A stretch of 64,000 nucleotides of DNA from an uncultured Acidimicrobiia bacterium (GTDB lineage Bacteria; Actinomycetota; Acidimicrobiia; IMCC26256; JAENVU01): assembly GCA_963835005.1 (NCBI GenBank), contig CAWIEA010000009.1:444435-508434 (forward strand), given 5' to 3'. Each line of letters begins with the position of its first letter. The first letter of the stretch is position 1. The notes beneath the pieces are model-generated. The model did not search any database, had not been told where the DNA came from, and saw nothing but the letters and a program-made list of their open reading frames with translations. A program made the position numbers and the translations under genes. Positions 18,667 through 29,910 of the stretch are shown here, piece by piece.

Positions 18667-20161
18667 TCAGTGGGTGCGGGGGAAGCCGAGGTCGGGGCCC
18701 CGGCGGTCGTCGGCCGGGTCGGTCCAGCGGCTCGTGATCACCTTGCCCCGCGTGTAGAAGTGCACGCCCTCGGTCCCGTGCACGTGCGTGTCACCGAACA
18801 GGCTCTGCTTCCAGCCGCCGAACGAGTAGTAGGCCATCGGCACCGGGATCGGGACGTTGATCCCGACCATCCCCGCGTCGACCTCGCGCTCGAACCGCCT
18901 CGCCGCGCCACCGTCGCGGGTGAAGATCGCGACGCCGTTGCCGTACGGGTTGTCGGACACGAGCCGGACCGCGTCCTCGTAGGTGTCGACCCGGACGACC
19001 GAGAGGACCGGGCCGAAGATCTCGTCGCGGTACAGGTCCATCGCCGGCGTCACCCGGTCGAACAGGCACGGTCCGAGGAAGAACCCACCGTCGGGAACGT
19101 CCGCGGCGCGCCCGTCCACCACGAGCTCGGCGCCCGCGGCCACTCCGCCGTCCACGTAGCCGCGCACCCGGTCGCGGTGTACGGCGGTGACGAGCGGGCC
19201 CATCTCCGCGTCGGGGTCGTTGCCCGCGCCGACGCGCACGTCGCGCGTCTTCGTCGCGATCTGCCGCGACGAGTGGATCGGCCACGTCGCCGACGGCCAC
19301 CACCACCGAGATCGCCATGCACCGCTCACCCGCGGAGCCGTAACCCGCGCTCACCGCGGCGTCGACGGCCTGCTCCAGGTCCGCGTCGGGCAGCACCACC
19401 ATGTGGTTCTTCGCACCACCGAGCGCCTGCACCCGCTTCCCGCTCGCGGCTGCGGTCTCGTACACGTACCGGGCGATCGGCGTGGAGCCCACGAAGCTGA
19501 CCGCGCGCACGTCCGGGTGCGTGAGCAGGCCGTCGACCGCCTCCTTGTCGCCCTGGAGCACGGTGAACACGCCGGCGGGGAGCCCGGCCTCGGCCCACAG
19601 GTCGGCGAGCACGAGCGACGCGGACGGGTCGCGGTCGGACGGCTTCAGCACGAACGCGTTCCCGCAGGCGATCGCCACCGGGAACATCCACATCGGGACC
19701 ATCGCCGGGAAGTTGAACGGCGTGATGCCCGCGACCACGCCGAGGGGCTGGCGGATCGAGTGGACGTCGGTGCCGGTCGAGACCGCCTCCGAGTAACCCC
19801 CCTTCAGCAGGTGCGGGATGCCGCACGCGAATTCGACGACCTCCTGCCCCCGGCCGACCTCGCCCAGCGCGTCACTCAGCACCTTCCCGTGCTCGGCGCT
19901 GACTGCGGCGGCGACCTCCTGCTTACGCCGCTCGAGCGCCTCCCGGAACGCGAAGAGGATCCGCACCCGGCGGGAGAGTGGGACGTCTCGCCACTCTGCG
20001 AACGCGGCCTTCGCGCTCTCGACCGCGGCGTCGATCTCGGCCCGCCCCGCGAGCGCGACCTGCGCCGCGACCTCGCCGGTGGCCGGGTCGAAGACGTCAC
20101 CCGTGCGCGCGGGGGTGGCGTCCCAGGCCTTGCCGTCGATCCAGTGCTGGACGGTCCGCAT
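18667..20161 (-). pseudogene. mmsA: CoA-acylating methylmalonate/malonate-semialdehyde dehydrogenase, frame broken near 19265
   Basis: The N-terminal 300 aa are in ORF 18791..20161 ([19 protein letters not shown]). The C-terminus is in ORF 18667..19329 ([25 protein letters not shown]). Confidence 0.85.
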
Positions 20162-20162
20162 C

Positions 20163-21017
20163 TCAGGGCGCCGCGTTCAGTCGGCGCTCGCGGCGCTGCC
20201 CGAAGTAGGTCGCGATCACGAGCACGATGATGCTGCCGAACAGGATCATCGACGCGAGGACGTTGATCTGCGGTGGGGTCGCGGTCCGGGACTGCCCGAA
20301 GATCCGAACCGGGAACGTCGTGGTGCTCGGGCCCGAGACGAAGTACGTGATGATGAAGTCGTCGATCGACAGGGCGAACGACAGCAGGAACGCGGCGAGG
20401 ATGCCGGGGATGATGAGCGGCAGCGTCACCTTGAGGAACGTCCTGGTCGGGTTCGCGCCGAGGTCCATCGCCGCGTCCTCGAGCGTCCAGTCGAAGCCGC
20501 GCAATCGCGCCTTGACCGTCAACGCGACGTAGCTCACGCAGAACATGATGTGCGCGAGGAGGATCGTCGCGAACCCGAGCTGGAAGTTGTGGTTCAGCAG
20601 GATGAGGTGCGGCTCGAGGAACAGCGTCAGCAGCGACGCGCCGAGCACGATCTCGGGCGCCGTGAGCGGGAGCACGAGCAGGAAGTTCACCCCGCTCCCA
20701 CCCCGGAAGCGGTAGCGCACCAGGGCGATCGCCACGAACGTGCCGATGATCGTGGCGATCGTCGCCGCGATCAGCGCGATCTCGAGGCTGAGCACCAGCG
20801 CCTTCACCAGCTCCTGGTCGGCGAACGGGTGCAGCCAGTTCTCGAACGTGAACTTCTCCCACACCGCGTTGAAGCGCCCGGACGGCTGGTTGAAGCTGAA
20901 CGCGACGATCACGAAGATCGGCAGGAACAGGTAGAGCAGCGCCGCGCCCGCGGCGACGTTGATCAGGGCGCGCCCGATCCGCCCGAGCGGCGAGGTGACG
21001 GTCCCGCTCACGTTCAT
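20163..21017 (-). CDS. potC: Spermidine/putrescine-type ABC transporter permease
   Basis: The start is MNVSG. It has six TM helices and an EAA-like loop ([16 protein letters not shown]). Confidence 0.85.
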   Translation of the reverse strand: MNVSGTVTSPLGRIGRALINVAAGAALLYLFLPIFVIVAFSFNQPSGRFNAVWEKFTFENWLHPFADQELVKALVLSLEIALIAATIATIIGTFVAIALVRYRFRGGSGVNFLLVLPLTAPEIVLGASLLTLFLEPHLILLNHNFQLGFATILLAHIMFCVSYVALTVKARLRGFDWTLEDAAMDLGANPTRTFLKVTLPLIIPGILAAFLLSFALSIDDFIITYFVSGPSTTTFPVRIFGQSRTATPPQINVLASMILFGSIIVLVIATYFGQRRERRLNAAP

Positions 21018-21108
21018 CTTGTCCGCTCCTGGCCCTGCGGGCCGGGCCGCTCGGGCCACGCCCCGCTTTCACGACGGTCGAGCGCGGCGAACGCGCCCCG
21101 CGGCGCTC
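21018..21108 (-). repeat. Intercistronic repeat element, copy E (potB to potC gap)
   Basis: Read on the minus strand: GAGCGCCGCGG...GCGTGGCCCGAGCGGCCCGGCCCGCAGGGCCAGGAGCGGACAAG then ATG. A 31-nt core is identical to copy B. The element begins inside the potB stop (GTGAGCG). Confidence 0.8.
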
Positions 21109-21985
21109 ACGTGAGGTCCTCGGTGCCGAGGATCATGGCGTAGACGACCACGACCACCATCACGATCGCCATGAACACGAACGAGAGCGCGGCGGCGACG
21201 GGATAGTCGACCTGCACCAGGAACTGGTTCTGGACGACGTTCCCGATCATCGTGTTCTTCGCGCTGCCCAGGTAGTACGCGTTCACGAAGTCGCCGGCAG
21301 CCGGGATGAACACGAGCAGGCTTCCGGCGAAGACGCCGGGCAGCGAGAGCGGGAAGACCACCTTGCGGAACGCGCGCCAGGTGTTCGAGTAGAGGTCACG
21401 CGCCGCGTCGATGAGGCGCGGGTCGATCTTCTCGAGCGCGACGTAGATCGGCAGCACCATGAACGGCAGGAAGTTGTAGGTGATGCCGCCGATGACGGCC
21501 CACTGGGTGCGCAGCAACGTGCCGTTCGGTCCGAGGATCCCGATGTCGCGCAGGATCCCGACGACGGCGCCCTGATCGCCGAGGATCGTCTTCCACGCGA
21601 GCGTGCGGATGAGGAAGTTCGTGAAGAACGGGACGACCACGAGGCCGAGCAGGATGTTCTTGAACCGTCCGCCCCGGAACGCGATGACGTACGCGAGCGG
21701 GTACGCGATGACGAGCGCGAGCAGCGTGGCGATGAGTGCGTACTGGAACGACCGGTAGAACTGGTCGCCGTACGAAGAGAACGCACTCGAGTAGTTGTCC
21801 CAGTGCCAGTCGAAGACCGGGTCCGAGAAGCGGGTCGGCGCGGCCGACAGCGACATCCGGAACAGGGTGTAGAGCGGGAAGAAGAAGAAGATGAACAGGA
21901 AGATCAGGCCCGGGCCGAGGAGCAGCCACGGCGCCCACCGGGCGCGCTTGCGGCCCTGATCGTCCCGCTCGACCGTGTTCGGCAT
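21107..21985 (-). CDS. potB: Spermidine/putrescine-type ABC transporter permease
   Basis: 292 aa and polytopic, with an EAA-like loop (LIDAARDLYSNTWRAF). Confidence 0.85.
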   Translation of the reverse strand: MPNTVERDDQGRKRARWAPWLLLGPGLIFLFIFFFFPLYTLFRMSLSAAPTRFSDPVFDWHWDNYSSAFSSYGDQFYRSFQYALIATLLALVIAYPLAYVIAFRGGRFKNILLGLVVVPFFTNFLIRTLAWKTILGDQGAVVGILRDIGILGPNGTLLRTQWAVIGGITYNFLPFMVLPIYVALEKIDPRLIDAARDLYSNTWRAFRKVVFPLSLPGVFAGSLLVFIPAAGDFVNAYYLGSAKNTMIGNVVQNQFLVQVDYPVAAALSFVFMAIVMVVVVVYAMILGTEDLT

Positions 21986-23181
21986 CAGCCGGAGCCGGTG
22001 ATCTCCGCGAAGCGCTTGTCGAACTCCTCTTCTTCCTTCGGGTCGAGCGGCCCGAAGATCGCGAGCGTCGACAGGTACTCGTCGGTCGGGTTCACGAGCG
22101 GGTTGTCAACGAGCTTCGCGGCCTTCCCGCCCATCTTCGTCCACTCCTCGGCCACGCCCACGACCGGCGAGATGTACTGGATGTACGCCATGAGCGTGGC
22201 CGCGTTCGCGGGCTCGTAGAAGTAGTTGATGAACTTGCTCGCGAGGTCGGCCTTGTCGCTCGTGTACGGGATCATGAAGTTGTCCGACCAGAGCATCCCG
22301 CCCGAGTCCGGCACCGCGAAGCGCACGTCGGGGTTGGAGAGCGTGATCTCCGCGACGTCGCCCGACCACGCGAACGCGGCGGCGAGGTTGCCGTTGCCGA
22401 GGTCGTTCACGTACTCGTTCCCGTTGGTACCGTCGATCTTGTTGTCGTCGAACGCCTTCTGGAGCTTGTCGAACGCGGGCTCCGCGTTCGAGTAGGTCGG
22501 CTTCGCGGTGTCGATGTTCAGGGACCGCATGAAGAGCCCGACGGTGTCGCGCATCTCGTCGAGCACCGTCGTCGTGCCCTTGACCGCGAGGAAGTCGTCG
22601 ATCGTCTTGACCTCCTTGCCCGTGATCCCGATGTTGTAGGCGATGCCGGTCACGCCGCTCGCCCAGGGTGCGCTGTAGGAGCGTGTGGGATCGAAGCCCG
22701 GCGACTTCAGCGCGGAGCGCAGGTTCGCCTTGTTCGGGAACGCGGCCTCGTCGAACTTCTGGACCCACTTCACCTGGTTGATGAGCCGGTTCGCCATCCA
22801 GTCCGTGAGCACGAACCCGTCGCGATCGATGCTCTGGTCCTTGCTCAGGTTCGGGCGGATCTTGGCGAAGTACTCGTTGTTCGAGTTGATGTCCTCGGTG
22901 TACGTGAGCCCGATGCCCGTGTCCTTCGGGAACGCCTTCTTCAGCGACGGGTCCATGTAGCTCGTCCAGTTGGAGATCGAGACGGACTTGCCACCGCCGC
23001 CTCCACCGCCGCCGCCCCCGCTCTTCGAGTCGCTCCCGCCCCCGCACGCGGCGAGGATCGCGGGCGCGACCGTGAGCCCGCCGAGCAGGGCGCCGCCGCG
23101 CCCGAGGAACTGGCGCCGGGACATGCCCGCTCGCGCGAGTTGCGCCTGCTGGCGACGGCGACGGTCATCACGGTTGCTCAT
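21985..23181 (-). CDS. potD: Polyamine ABC transporter substrate-binding lipoprotein
   Basis: The start [12 protein letters not shown] is followed by a Tat-like RRQFL motif, a lipobox (ILAAC) and a poly-Gly linker. The body is PotD/PotF-like. Confidence 0.85.
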   Translation of the reverse strand: MSNRDDRRRRQQAQLARAGMSRRQFLGRGGALLGGLTVAPAILAACGGGSDSKSGGGGGGGGGGKSVSISNWTSYMDPSLKKAFPKDTGIGLTYTEDINSNNEYFAKIRPNLSKDQSIDRDGFVLTDWMANRLINQVKWVQKFDEAAFPNKANLRSALKSPGFDPTRSYSAPWASGVTGIAYNIGITGKEVKTIDDFLAVKGTTTVLDEMRDTVGLFMRSLNIDTAKPTYSNAEPAFDKLQKAFDDNKIDGTNGNEYVNDLGNGNLAAAFAWSGDVAEITLSNPDVRFAVPDSGGMLWSDNFMIPYTSDKADLASKFINYFYEPANAATLMAYIQYISPVVGVAEEWTKMGGKAAKLVDNPLVNPTDEYLSTLAIFGPLDPKEEEEFDKRFAEITGSG

Positions 23182-24313
23182 GCGGGGCTCCTGTGGTCGC
23201 GGGGTTGAGTGACGCGATCTCCTGGGCGGACGGGTCCGGGCCGAAGGCAACATGCTCGCCGCGGCGGCGAAGGAAGCGCGCCGCCTCCGGCTCCCAGCAC
23301 ACCGACACCTTGTCGCCGGGCCGCAGCAGCGGCAGGTCGTCCTCGGGACCGACGTGGGCGACGATCGGGCTGCCGTCGGTCGCCCGCAGGTCGAAGCGCA
23401 CGACGGGGCCCTGGAACACCAGGTCGACGACCTCGGCCGGGATCGAGACGAACTCGGACGGCGGGTCGTCGACTCGCAGGTGCATCCGCTCGGGGCGGAT
23501 CATCAACGTGCCCGGATCGTCGACCTGGAGGCCTTCGACCGCCGGAGCACGCAACAGCCGGTCACCGGCGACGCGCGCCACCGCATGGCCGCCCTCGAGC
23601 CGCTCGATCACGGCCGGGAGCAGGTTTGCCGCGCCGATGAACCCGGCGACGAACTCCGTCTCCGGCTCGTGGTAGATCTCCTCGGGCGAGCCGATCTGCT
23701 CGACCCGACCCTCGCTCATCACCGCGATGCGGTCGCTCATCGTGAGCGCCTCTTCCTGGTCGTGGGTCACGAAGATGAACGTGATCCCGACCTCGCGCTG
23801 GATGCGCTTGAGCTCGAGCTGCATCGCCTGGCGCAGCTTCAGGTCGAGTGCGCCGAGCGGCTCGTCGAGGAGCAGCGCGCTCGGGTAGTTCACGAGCGCG
23901 CGGGCGAGCGCGACGCGCTGCTGCTGTCCGCCGGAGAGCTGCGAGGGCTTGCGATTCTTGAAATCGCTCAGGCGCACGATCTCGAGGAGGTCGTCGACGC
24001 GCTTGCCGATCTCGGACTTCGCGACCTTGCGGGCCTTGAGGCCGAACGCCACGTTGTCGGCCACCGACATGTGGGGGAACAGCGTGTACTGCTGGAAGAC
24101 GGTGTTGACGTTGCGCTTGTAGGGCGGGACCTTCGACACGTCCTTGCCCTCGAGCTTGATCTGGCCGTCGCTCGGCTGCTCGAACCCGGCGATCATGCGC
24201 AGGGTGGTGGTCTTGCCACAGCCGGACGGGCCGAGCATCGAGAAGAACTCGCCCTGGCGGATGTCGAAGTGCGCATCGTCCACGGCCACGAACGCGCCGA
24301 AGCGCTTGGTCAC
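23168..24313 (-). CDS. potA: Polyamine ABC transporter ATP-binding protein
   Basis: It has Walker A (GPSGCGKTT), the signature LSGGQQQRV and Walker B. The first beta-strand (VVIAIDHV) lies upstream of GTG 24313 with no canonical start. An out-of-frame ATG at 24404 suggests a further indel near 24385-24400. Confidence 0.85.
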   Translation of the reverse strand: MTKRFGAFVAVDDAHFDIRQGEFFSMLGPSGCGKTTTLRMIAGFEQPSDGQIKLEGKDVSKVPPYKRNVNTVFQQYTLFPHMSVADNVAFGLKARKVAKSEIGKRVDDLLEIVRLSDFKNRKPSQLSGGQQQRVALARALVNYPSALLLDEPLGALDLKLRQAMQLELKRIQREVGITFIFVTHDQEEALTMSDRIAVMSEGRVEQIGSPEEIYHEPETEFVAGFIGAANLLPAVIERLEGGHAVARVAGDRLLRAPAVEGLQVDDPGTLMIRPERMHLRVDDPPSEFVSIPAEVVDLVFQGPVVRFDLRATDGSPIVAHVGPEDDLPLLRPGDKVSVCWEPEAARFLRRRGEHVAFGPDPSAQEIASLNPATTGAPHEQP

Positions 24314-24450
24314 GTGGTCGATCGCGATGACGACGGCCGAGTCGGTGCTGCCAGCGGTCAGCGCTTCGCCCCCCGTCCGGTCAGGTGCCCGTCGGTACGG
24401 TCATGGAGCCCCTCTTGAGGGTGGCAGAGTCGCAGATGGCCCCGGGTGAT

Positions 24451-24508
24451 GCAAGGATTCCTGACGGATTCCGTCACGTGGAAACACAATTGCAACGGAA
24501 TCCCTTGC
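24451..24508. promoter_or_regulatory. Candidate operator cluster with three GGATTCC/GGAATCC cores in the potA / aldehyde dehydrogenase divergent region
   Basis: GCAAGGATTCC lies at 24451-24461. The palindrome GACGGA-T-TCCGTC lies at 24463-24475. GGAATCCCTTGC lies at 24497-24508. The 10-mer GACGGATTCC recurs at 30618-30627. Confidence 0.45.
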
Positions 24509-24572
24509 GCGACCGGCGGGTGGGGCGCGCAACATCGTGGTCCAAGGCACGGAGACAAAGGGAGCCTGCCCG

Positions 24573-25993
24573 ATGCCCGACCAGAATTTCATCGCCGGGA
24601 CCTGGCGCGACGCCCGGGACGGGGCGACCGACGAGGTCCTGAACCCGGCCACCGGTGAGGTCCTGGCCAAGGTTCCGGCCAGCGGGGCGACCGAGGTCGA
24701 CGAGGCGGTCGACGCCGCGGCGGGCGCGTTCGGCGAGTGGAGCACGATGACGCCCCGGGGGCGCAGCGAGATCCTCCACCAGGTCGCGAACGCCATCGAG
24801 GCCGACCTCGAGAACATCAAGCGGATCGAGATGGAGAACTGCGGCAAGCCCGCCTCCATCATCGAGTTCGAGCTCGACCTGACCCTCGACAACTGGCGAT
24901 TCTTCGCCGGCGGGGCGCGGTTCCTCGAAGGCCGGGCCGCGGGCGAGTACCTCGACGACCACACGAGCTACGTCCGCCGCGACGCGCTCGGCGTGATCGG
25001 GTCGATCGCACCCTGGAACTACCCGCTGAACATGGCCACCTGGAAGCTCGGTCCCGCGCTCGCGGCGGGCAACACGGTGGTGCTGAAGCCGTCGGAGCTG
25101 ACGCCGCTCAGCGCGCTGCGGCTGGCCGAGATCACCGCCGACATCCTCCCGACCGGCGTCCTCAACGTCGTCACCGGCCAGGGCGAGACCGCGGGTGACG
25201 CGCTGTGCGGCACCCGAAGGTGGCGATGGTGTCGCTGACCGGCAGCGTCGAGACCGGGAAGCTCATCGCGAAGACCGCGGCCGAGACCCTGAAGCGCGTC
25301 CACCTCGAGCTCGGCGGGAAGGCCCCCGTCGTGATCTTCGACGACGCCGACCTCGAGCTCGCGATCTCGACCCTCACCGAGATGGCCTATTACAACTCGG
25401 GTCAGGACTGCACCGCGCCGTGCCGCCTGATGGCCGGCCCCAAGGTCTACGACGATCTGGTGAGCGGGCTGTCCGAGTCCGTCGGCCAGATCGCCACCGG
25501 CGACCCGTTCGACGAGGCCACGGCCATGGGCCCGGTCATCTCGGCCGACCAGCTCGACCGCGTGTCGGGCATGGTGGCCCGGGCGGCCGAGGCCGGCGCC
25601 GAGGTCACGGTCGGCGGCCACGCGATCGACCGGCCCGGCTTCTTCTACGAGCCGTCGGTCGTCGCCAACCCCGCGCAGGACAGCGAGATCGTGCAGCGCG
25701 AGGTCTTCGGCCCGGTCGTGTCGGTCCAGCGCTTCAGCGACGAGGAGCAGGCGATCGCCTGGGCCAACGACGTCGACTACGGCCTGTCGTCGAGCGTGTG
25801 GACGAACGACGTGGGCCGCGCGATGCGCATGAGCTCGGCGCTGCACTTCGGCTGCGTCTGGGTGAACGACCACATCCCGATCGTGTCGGAGATGCCGCAC
25901 GGAGGGTTCAAGCACTCGGGCTACGGCAAGGACATGTCGATCTACGCGATCGAGGCCTACACCGAGCTCAAGCACGTGATGATCAAGCACTGA
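24573..25993 (+). pseudogene. patD: Gamma-aminobutyraldehyde dehydrogenase-like NAD(P) aldehyde dehydrogenase, frame broken near 25204
   Basis: The sequence runs MPDQNFIAG...IAPWNYPLNMATWKLGPALAAGNTVVLKPSE, and then ORF 25205..25993 supplies ELGGKAP...GQDCTA. There is an AAAGGGAG Shine-Dalgarno. Confidence 0.8.
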
Positions 25994-26008
25994 CCTGAGG
26001 GACGCACG

Positions 26009-27362
26009 ATGCCTGGACTGAACGAACGCGCCGCCGAGATCACCGACGCGGAGAACAAGCTGCTGTGGGAGCGGACGCCCGGCTCGAAGAGCCTGTTCGA
26101 GCGCGCCCTGAGGTCGATGCCTCAGGGCGTGCCGTCGTCCTTCCAGGCGTGGGAGCCGTACCCCGTGTACCTGCGCGAGGGGAAGGGCAGCCACGTCTGG
26201 GACGTCGACGGGAACGAGTACGCCGACTTCCACAACGGCTTCGGCTCGATGGTCGTCGGCCACGCGGACCCGAAGGTCGCCGAGGCGATCGAGAGGGCCG
26301 CACGGACCGGCACCCACTTCGCCGCGCCGACCGAGGGAACGGTGCTCTACGCCGAGGAGCTGTGCCGGCGCTTCCAGGCCGAGAAGGTCCGGTTCTGCAA
26401 CTCGGGCACCGAGGCGACGATGAGCGCGATCCGAGTCGCGGCGCGCGGCGACCGGTCGGGAGCACATCGTCAAGATCGAGGGCTCGTACCACGGCCATCA
26501 CGACGCGGTGATGTTCTCGGTCGTCCCCAACTCCGACCTCATGGGCGGACGCGAGGCGCCCGCCACGACCCCCATGTCCAAGGGCATTCCCGCGGTGATG
26601 GCCGAGTACACCCACGTCGTCCCGTTCAACGACCTCGAGGTGCTGTCCGCGCTGCTCGACGAGCGGGGCGACGAGATCGCCTGCCTCATCCTCGAGCCGG
26701 TGATGATGAACATCGGGATCTGCCAGCCCGACCCCGGCTACCTCCAGGGCCTGGCGGACCTCCTGCACAAGCACGGCGCGCTCCTCGTGTTCGACGAGGT
26801 GAAGAGCGGCGCGACCGTCGCCTACGGCGGCGCGGTCGAGCGGTACGGCACCGTGCCCGACCTGGCGTGCTGGGCCAAGGCGATCGGTGGGGGCACACCG
26901 GCGGCCGCGTTCGGCGGCCGGGCCGAGGTCATGGATGCCATCGACCACGGCGCCGCGCAGCAGGGCACGTTCAACGGCAACCCGCTCGTCGCCGCGGCCG
27001 GGCTCGCGGCGCTGACCGAGGTGCTGACGCCGGACGCGTACGACGAGCTGGCCAAGCTCGGCACCCGGCTCGCCGAGGGCTGCGCGCGTGCGCTGGCCGA
27101 GAACTCGATCCCCGGCCACGCGGTCGATCTCGGTGCCAAGGGCTGCGTGTCCTACCGGCCCGAGCCGCTCCACAGCTACCGCGACTTCCTCGAGACGAAT
27201 CCCGACCTCTACCTCGCGTCGTACCCGTGGGCGATGAACCGCGGGACGTTCATGACGCCGGGTGACGAGGAGCAGTGGACGATCTCGGTCCAGCACACCG
27301 AGGCCGACATCGACGGCTACGTCGACCAGTTCGCCGACTTCTGCGCCGCGCTCCGGGCCTGA
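26009..27362 (+). pseudogene. Class III aminotransferase (glutamate-1-semialdehyde aminomutase-like), frame broken near 26445
   Basis: The N-terminal part runs to FCNSGTEATMSAIRVA in ORF 26009. It then continues as TGREHIVKIEGSYHGHHD...FDEVKSG in the frame of ORF 26508..27362. Confidence 0.8.
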
Positions 27363-27490
27363 CACAGCCCCGACCAGCTCAACGCCCGGCTCCCGGACGC
27401 TCGCTCCTCGGCCGCGTTCGTCGCGCTTCCGGCGTCATGGCGCGCTTCTGCAACCGACGGCAGGGCAGGGTGGGTCGTAGCATCGCCCGT

Positions 27491-28798
27491 GTGGGTCAGC
27501 ACGACGAGTGGGTGGCGCGTGACGCGGCCGTGGTGTGGCACGGGTTCACGCAGATGTCGGCGTACGCGGACAACGCGCCCGTCGTCGTCGACCACGCGGA
27601 GGGTCACGAGGTCGTCGATGTCGACGGCCGCCGCTACCTCGACGCGATCTCTTCCCTGTGGGTCACCACCCTGGGCCACCGGGTCCCGGAGCTGGACGAG
27701 GCCCTGACCGCGCAGCTCGCTCGCGGCGCGCACACGACGTTGCTCGGCAACGGCAACCGGGTGGTCGTCGAGCTCTCGGAGGCGCTGGCCCGGCTCGTGC
27801 CGGTCGACGAGCCCCACTTCCTCTACGCGTCGGATGGCGCGTGTGCGGTCGAGCAGGCGCTGAAGATCGTGTTCCAGCACTGGTGGAACCGAGGCATCGA
27901 GGGCAAGACGAAGTTCCTCGCGTTCGGTGGCGCCTACCACGGCGACACGATCGGGGCCCTGTCCGTCGGCGCCGGCGGGTTCGGCACGGCGCTCTTCGAT
28001 CCGCTGCGCTTCCCGGTGCTGCGCGCGCCGGAGTTCGCCGATCCGGAGTGCTTCGCGACCGCGTGCCGGATGGTCGCCGAGCACGCGTCCGAGCTCGCGG
28101 CCGTCATCGTCGAGCCACTCGTCCAGGGCGCGGCCGGGATGCAGCTCGCCGACCCCGAGGACCTCGCCCGGCTCGCGGCGGCGTGTCGCGAGCACGACGT
28201 GCTCCTGATCTGCGACGAGGTCGCGACCGGGTTCGGGAGGACCGGGACGCTCTTCGCGTCCGAGCAGGCGGGGATCCGGCCCGACCTGATGTGTCTGGGC
28301 AAGGGCCTCACCGCCGGGTACCTGGCGATGTCGGCGACGGTCGCGTCCGGTCCGGTGTTCGACGCGTTCCTCGGCCCCGACCTCAGCGAGCGGACGTTGT
28401 ACCACGGCCATTCGTACAGCGGGAACACGCTCGCGGCGGCCGTCGCGCTCCGCCACCTCGAGCTGCTCGACGCCTACGACGTGCTCGCCAACGTGCGCGA
28501 GCGGTCGGCGGAGCTGCGCGACCTGCTCGACGACCGCGTCGTGTCGCTCCCCGAGGTGGCCGACGTCCGCTTGCGCGGCCTGATGGGGGGCATCGAGCTC
28601 GCCCCGCCGCGCGACGGGTTGCGCTGGGGTCGCCGCGTGTCCGCCGCGGCCGTCGAGCGCGGCGTGCTCATCCGGCCGCTCGGCGACGTCGTCGTGCTGA
28701 TGCCTCCGCTCACCGTCACGTCCGAGGAGATCCACCGCATCGTCCACGCCATCGCCGAGTCGATCGACGAGGTCACCACGACCGAGCAAGCGCCGTGA
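27491..28798 (+). CDS. bioA: Adenosylmethionine-8-amino-7-oxononanoate aminotransferase
   Basis: VWHGFTQM, SSLWVTTLGH, CDEVATGFGRTG and LGKGLTAGY are BioA hallmarks. The start is GTG 27491. Confidence 0.85.
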   Translation: MGQHDEWVARDAAVVWHGFTQMSAYADNAPVVVDHAEGHEVVDVDGRRYLDAISSLWVTTLGHRVPELDEALTAQLARGAHTTLLGNGNRVVVELSEALARLVPVDEPHFLYASDGACAVEQALKIVFQHWWNRGIEGKTKFLAFGGAYHGDTIGALSVGAGGFGTALFDPLRFPVLRAPEFADPECFATACRMVAEHASELAAVIVEPLVQGAAGMQLADPEDLARLAAACREHDVLLICDEVATGFGRTGTLFASEQAGIRPDLMCLGKGLTAGYLAMSATVASGPVFDAFLGPDLSERTLYHGHSYSGNTLAAAVALRHLELLDAYDVLANVRERSAELRDLLDDRVVSLPEVADVRLRGLMGGIELAPPRDGLRWGRRVSAAAVERGVLIRPLGDVVVLMPPLTVTSEEIHRIVHAIAESIDEVTTTEQAP

Positions 28799-29910
28799 GC
28801 TGGGCGGAGTGGGTCGACGAGACGACCACCGCGATCCGCGACGCGGGGCAGTGGCGTGCCCCGGTCGACTTCGACGCCACGGGCGTCGAGGGGAAGCTCG
28901 GGCCCGACGGGCGGGCCGTCGTCGCGTTCGCGTCGAACGACTACCTGGGGCTGTCCCAGCACCCGGCCGTCGTTGCCGCCGCGGACGTGGCCCTGGACCG
29001 CTGGGGCGCGGGCTCGGGTGCGGCCCGGCTCATCGTCGGCTCCCGGCCCGTCCACACCGAACTCGAGCGCGCGCTGGCGGACTGGAAGCACACCGACGCC
29101 GCGGTGCTGTTCCCGACCGGCTTCGCCGCGAACCTCGGCGTCATCACGACGTTCGGTGGGCCGGGGACCCTCATCTGCTCGGACGAGCTGAACCACGCGT
29201 CGATCATCGACGGCACCCGCCTCGCCCGGGGTGAGGTCGCGGTGTTCGGCCACCGGAACCTGGACGCACTCGACGCGCTGCTGCGCGATCGGGCGGTCGG
29301 GCGACGGGCGATCGTGGTGAGCGACACCGTCTTCTCGATGGACGGTGACCTCGCGGACGTCGACGGGCTCGTCGCCATCTGTCGCGACCACGACGCCCTG
29401 CTCGTCCTCGACGAGGCGCACGCCGTGCTCGGACCCGACCTCCCCGACCCGTCGGCGCACGTGCTCCGGATCGGCACGCTGTCGAAGACGCTGGGCGCGC
29501 TGGGCGGGTTCGTCGCGGCGTCGCGCCCACTCGCGGACCTGGTCGTGAACCGGGCCCGGTCGTACATCTTCACCACCGCGACCACGCCCGCCGATGCTGC
29601 GGCCGCGCTCGCGGCCGTGGAGGTCGTCGCCGGCTCGGAGGGTGACGATCTCCGCGCCCGCCTGCGCCGGAACATCGACGCGCTGCGGCCCGGCCACCCG
29701 TCACCGATCGTTCCCGTCGTGTGCGGCGAGGAAGCGCGCACCCTCGCGGCGGCCCGGACCCTGCTCGACCAGGGTCTGCTCGTCCCCGCGATCCGGCCGC
29801 CCACGGTCGCGCCCGGGACGTCGCGGCTGCGCGTGGCGCTGTCCGCCGCGCATTCCGTCGAGCAGGTCCGCACGCTCGCCGACGCCCTCGACCGCCTCGA
29901 GCTCACGTGA
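28795..29910 (+). CDS. bioF: 8-amino-7-oxononanoate synthase
   Basis: GTGA overlap with bioA. It has SNDYLGL, DELNHASIIDG and a SKTLG PLP-lysine region. Confidence 0.85.
   Translation: MSWAEWVDETTTAIRDAGQWRAPVDFDATGVEGKLGPDGRAVVAFASNDYLGLSQHPAVVAAADVALDRWGAGSGAARLIVGSRPVHTELERALADWKHTDAAVLFPTGFAANLGVITTFGGPGTLICSDELNHASIIDGTRLARGEVAVFGHRNLDALDALLRDRAVGRRAIVVSDTVFSMDGDLADVDGLVAICRDHDALLVLDEAHAVLGPDLPDPSAHVLRIGTLSKTLGALGGFVAASRPLADLVVNRARSYIFTTATTPADAAAALAAVEVVAGSEGDDLRARLRRNIDALRPGHPSPIVPVVCGEEARTLAAARTLLDQGLLVPAIRPPTVAPGTSRLRVALSAAHSVEQVRTLADALDRLELT

Noticed and set aside
22985-23035. Short-period GGC/GCC repeats here, and similar ones in the dnaJ G/F region at 61140-61320
   Set aside because: They encode poly-Gly linkers inside potD and dnaJ. 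They are not CRISPR or non-coding tandem repeats.
27363-27490. Search for a biotin operator or riboswitch upstream of bioA
   Set aside because: I could not support a convincing palindrome or a known biotin-regulator site (such as TGAAC-N3-GTTCA) from the sequence.
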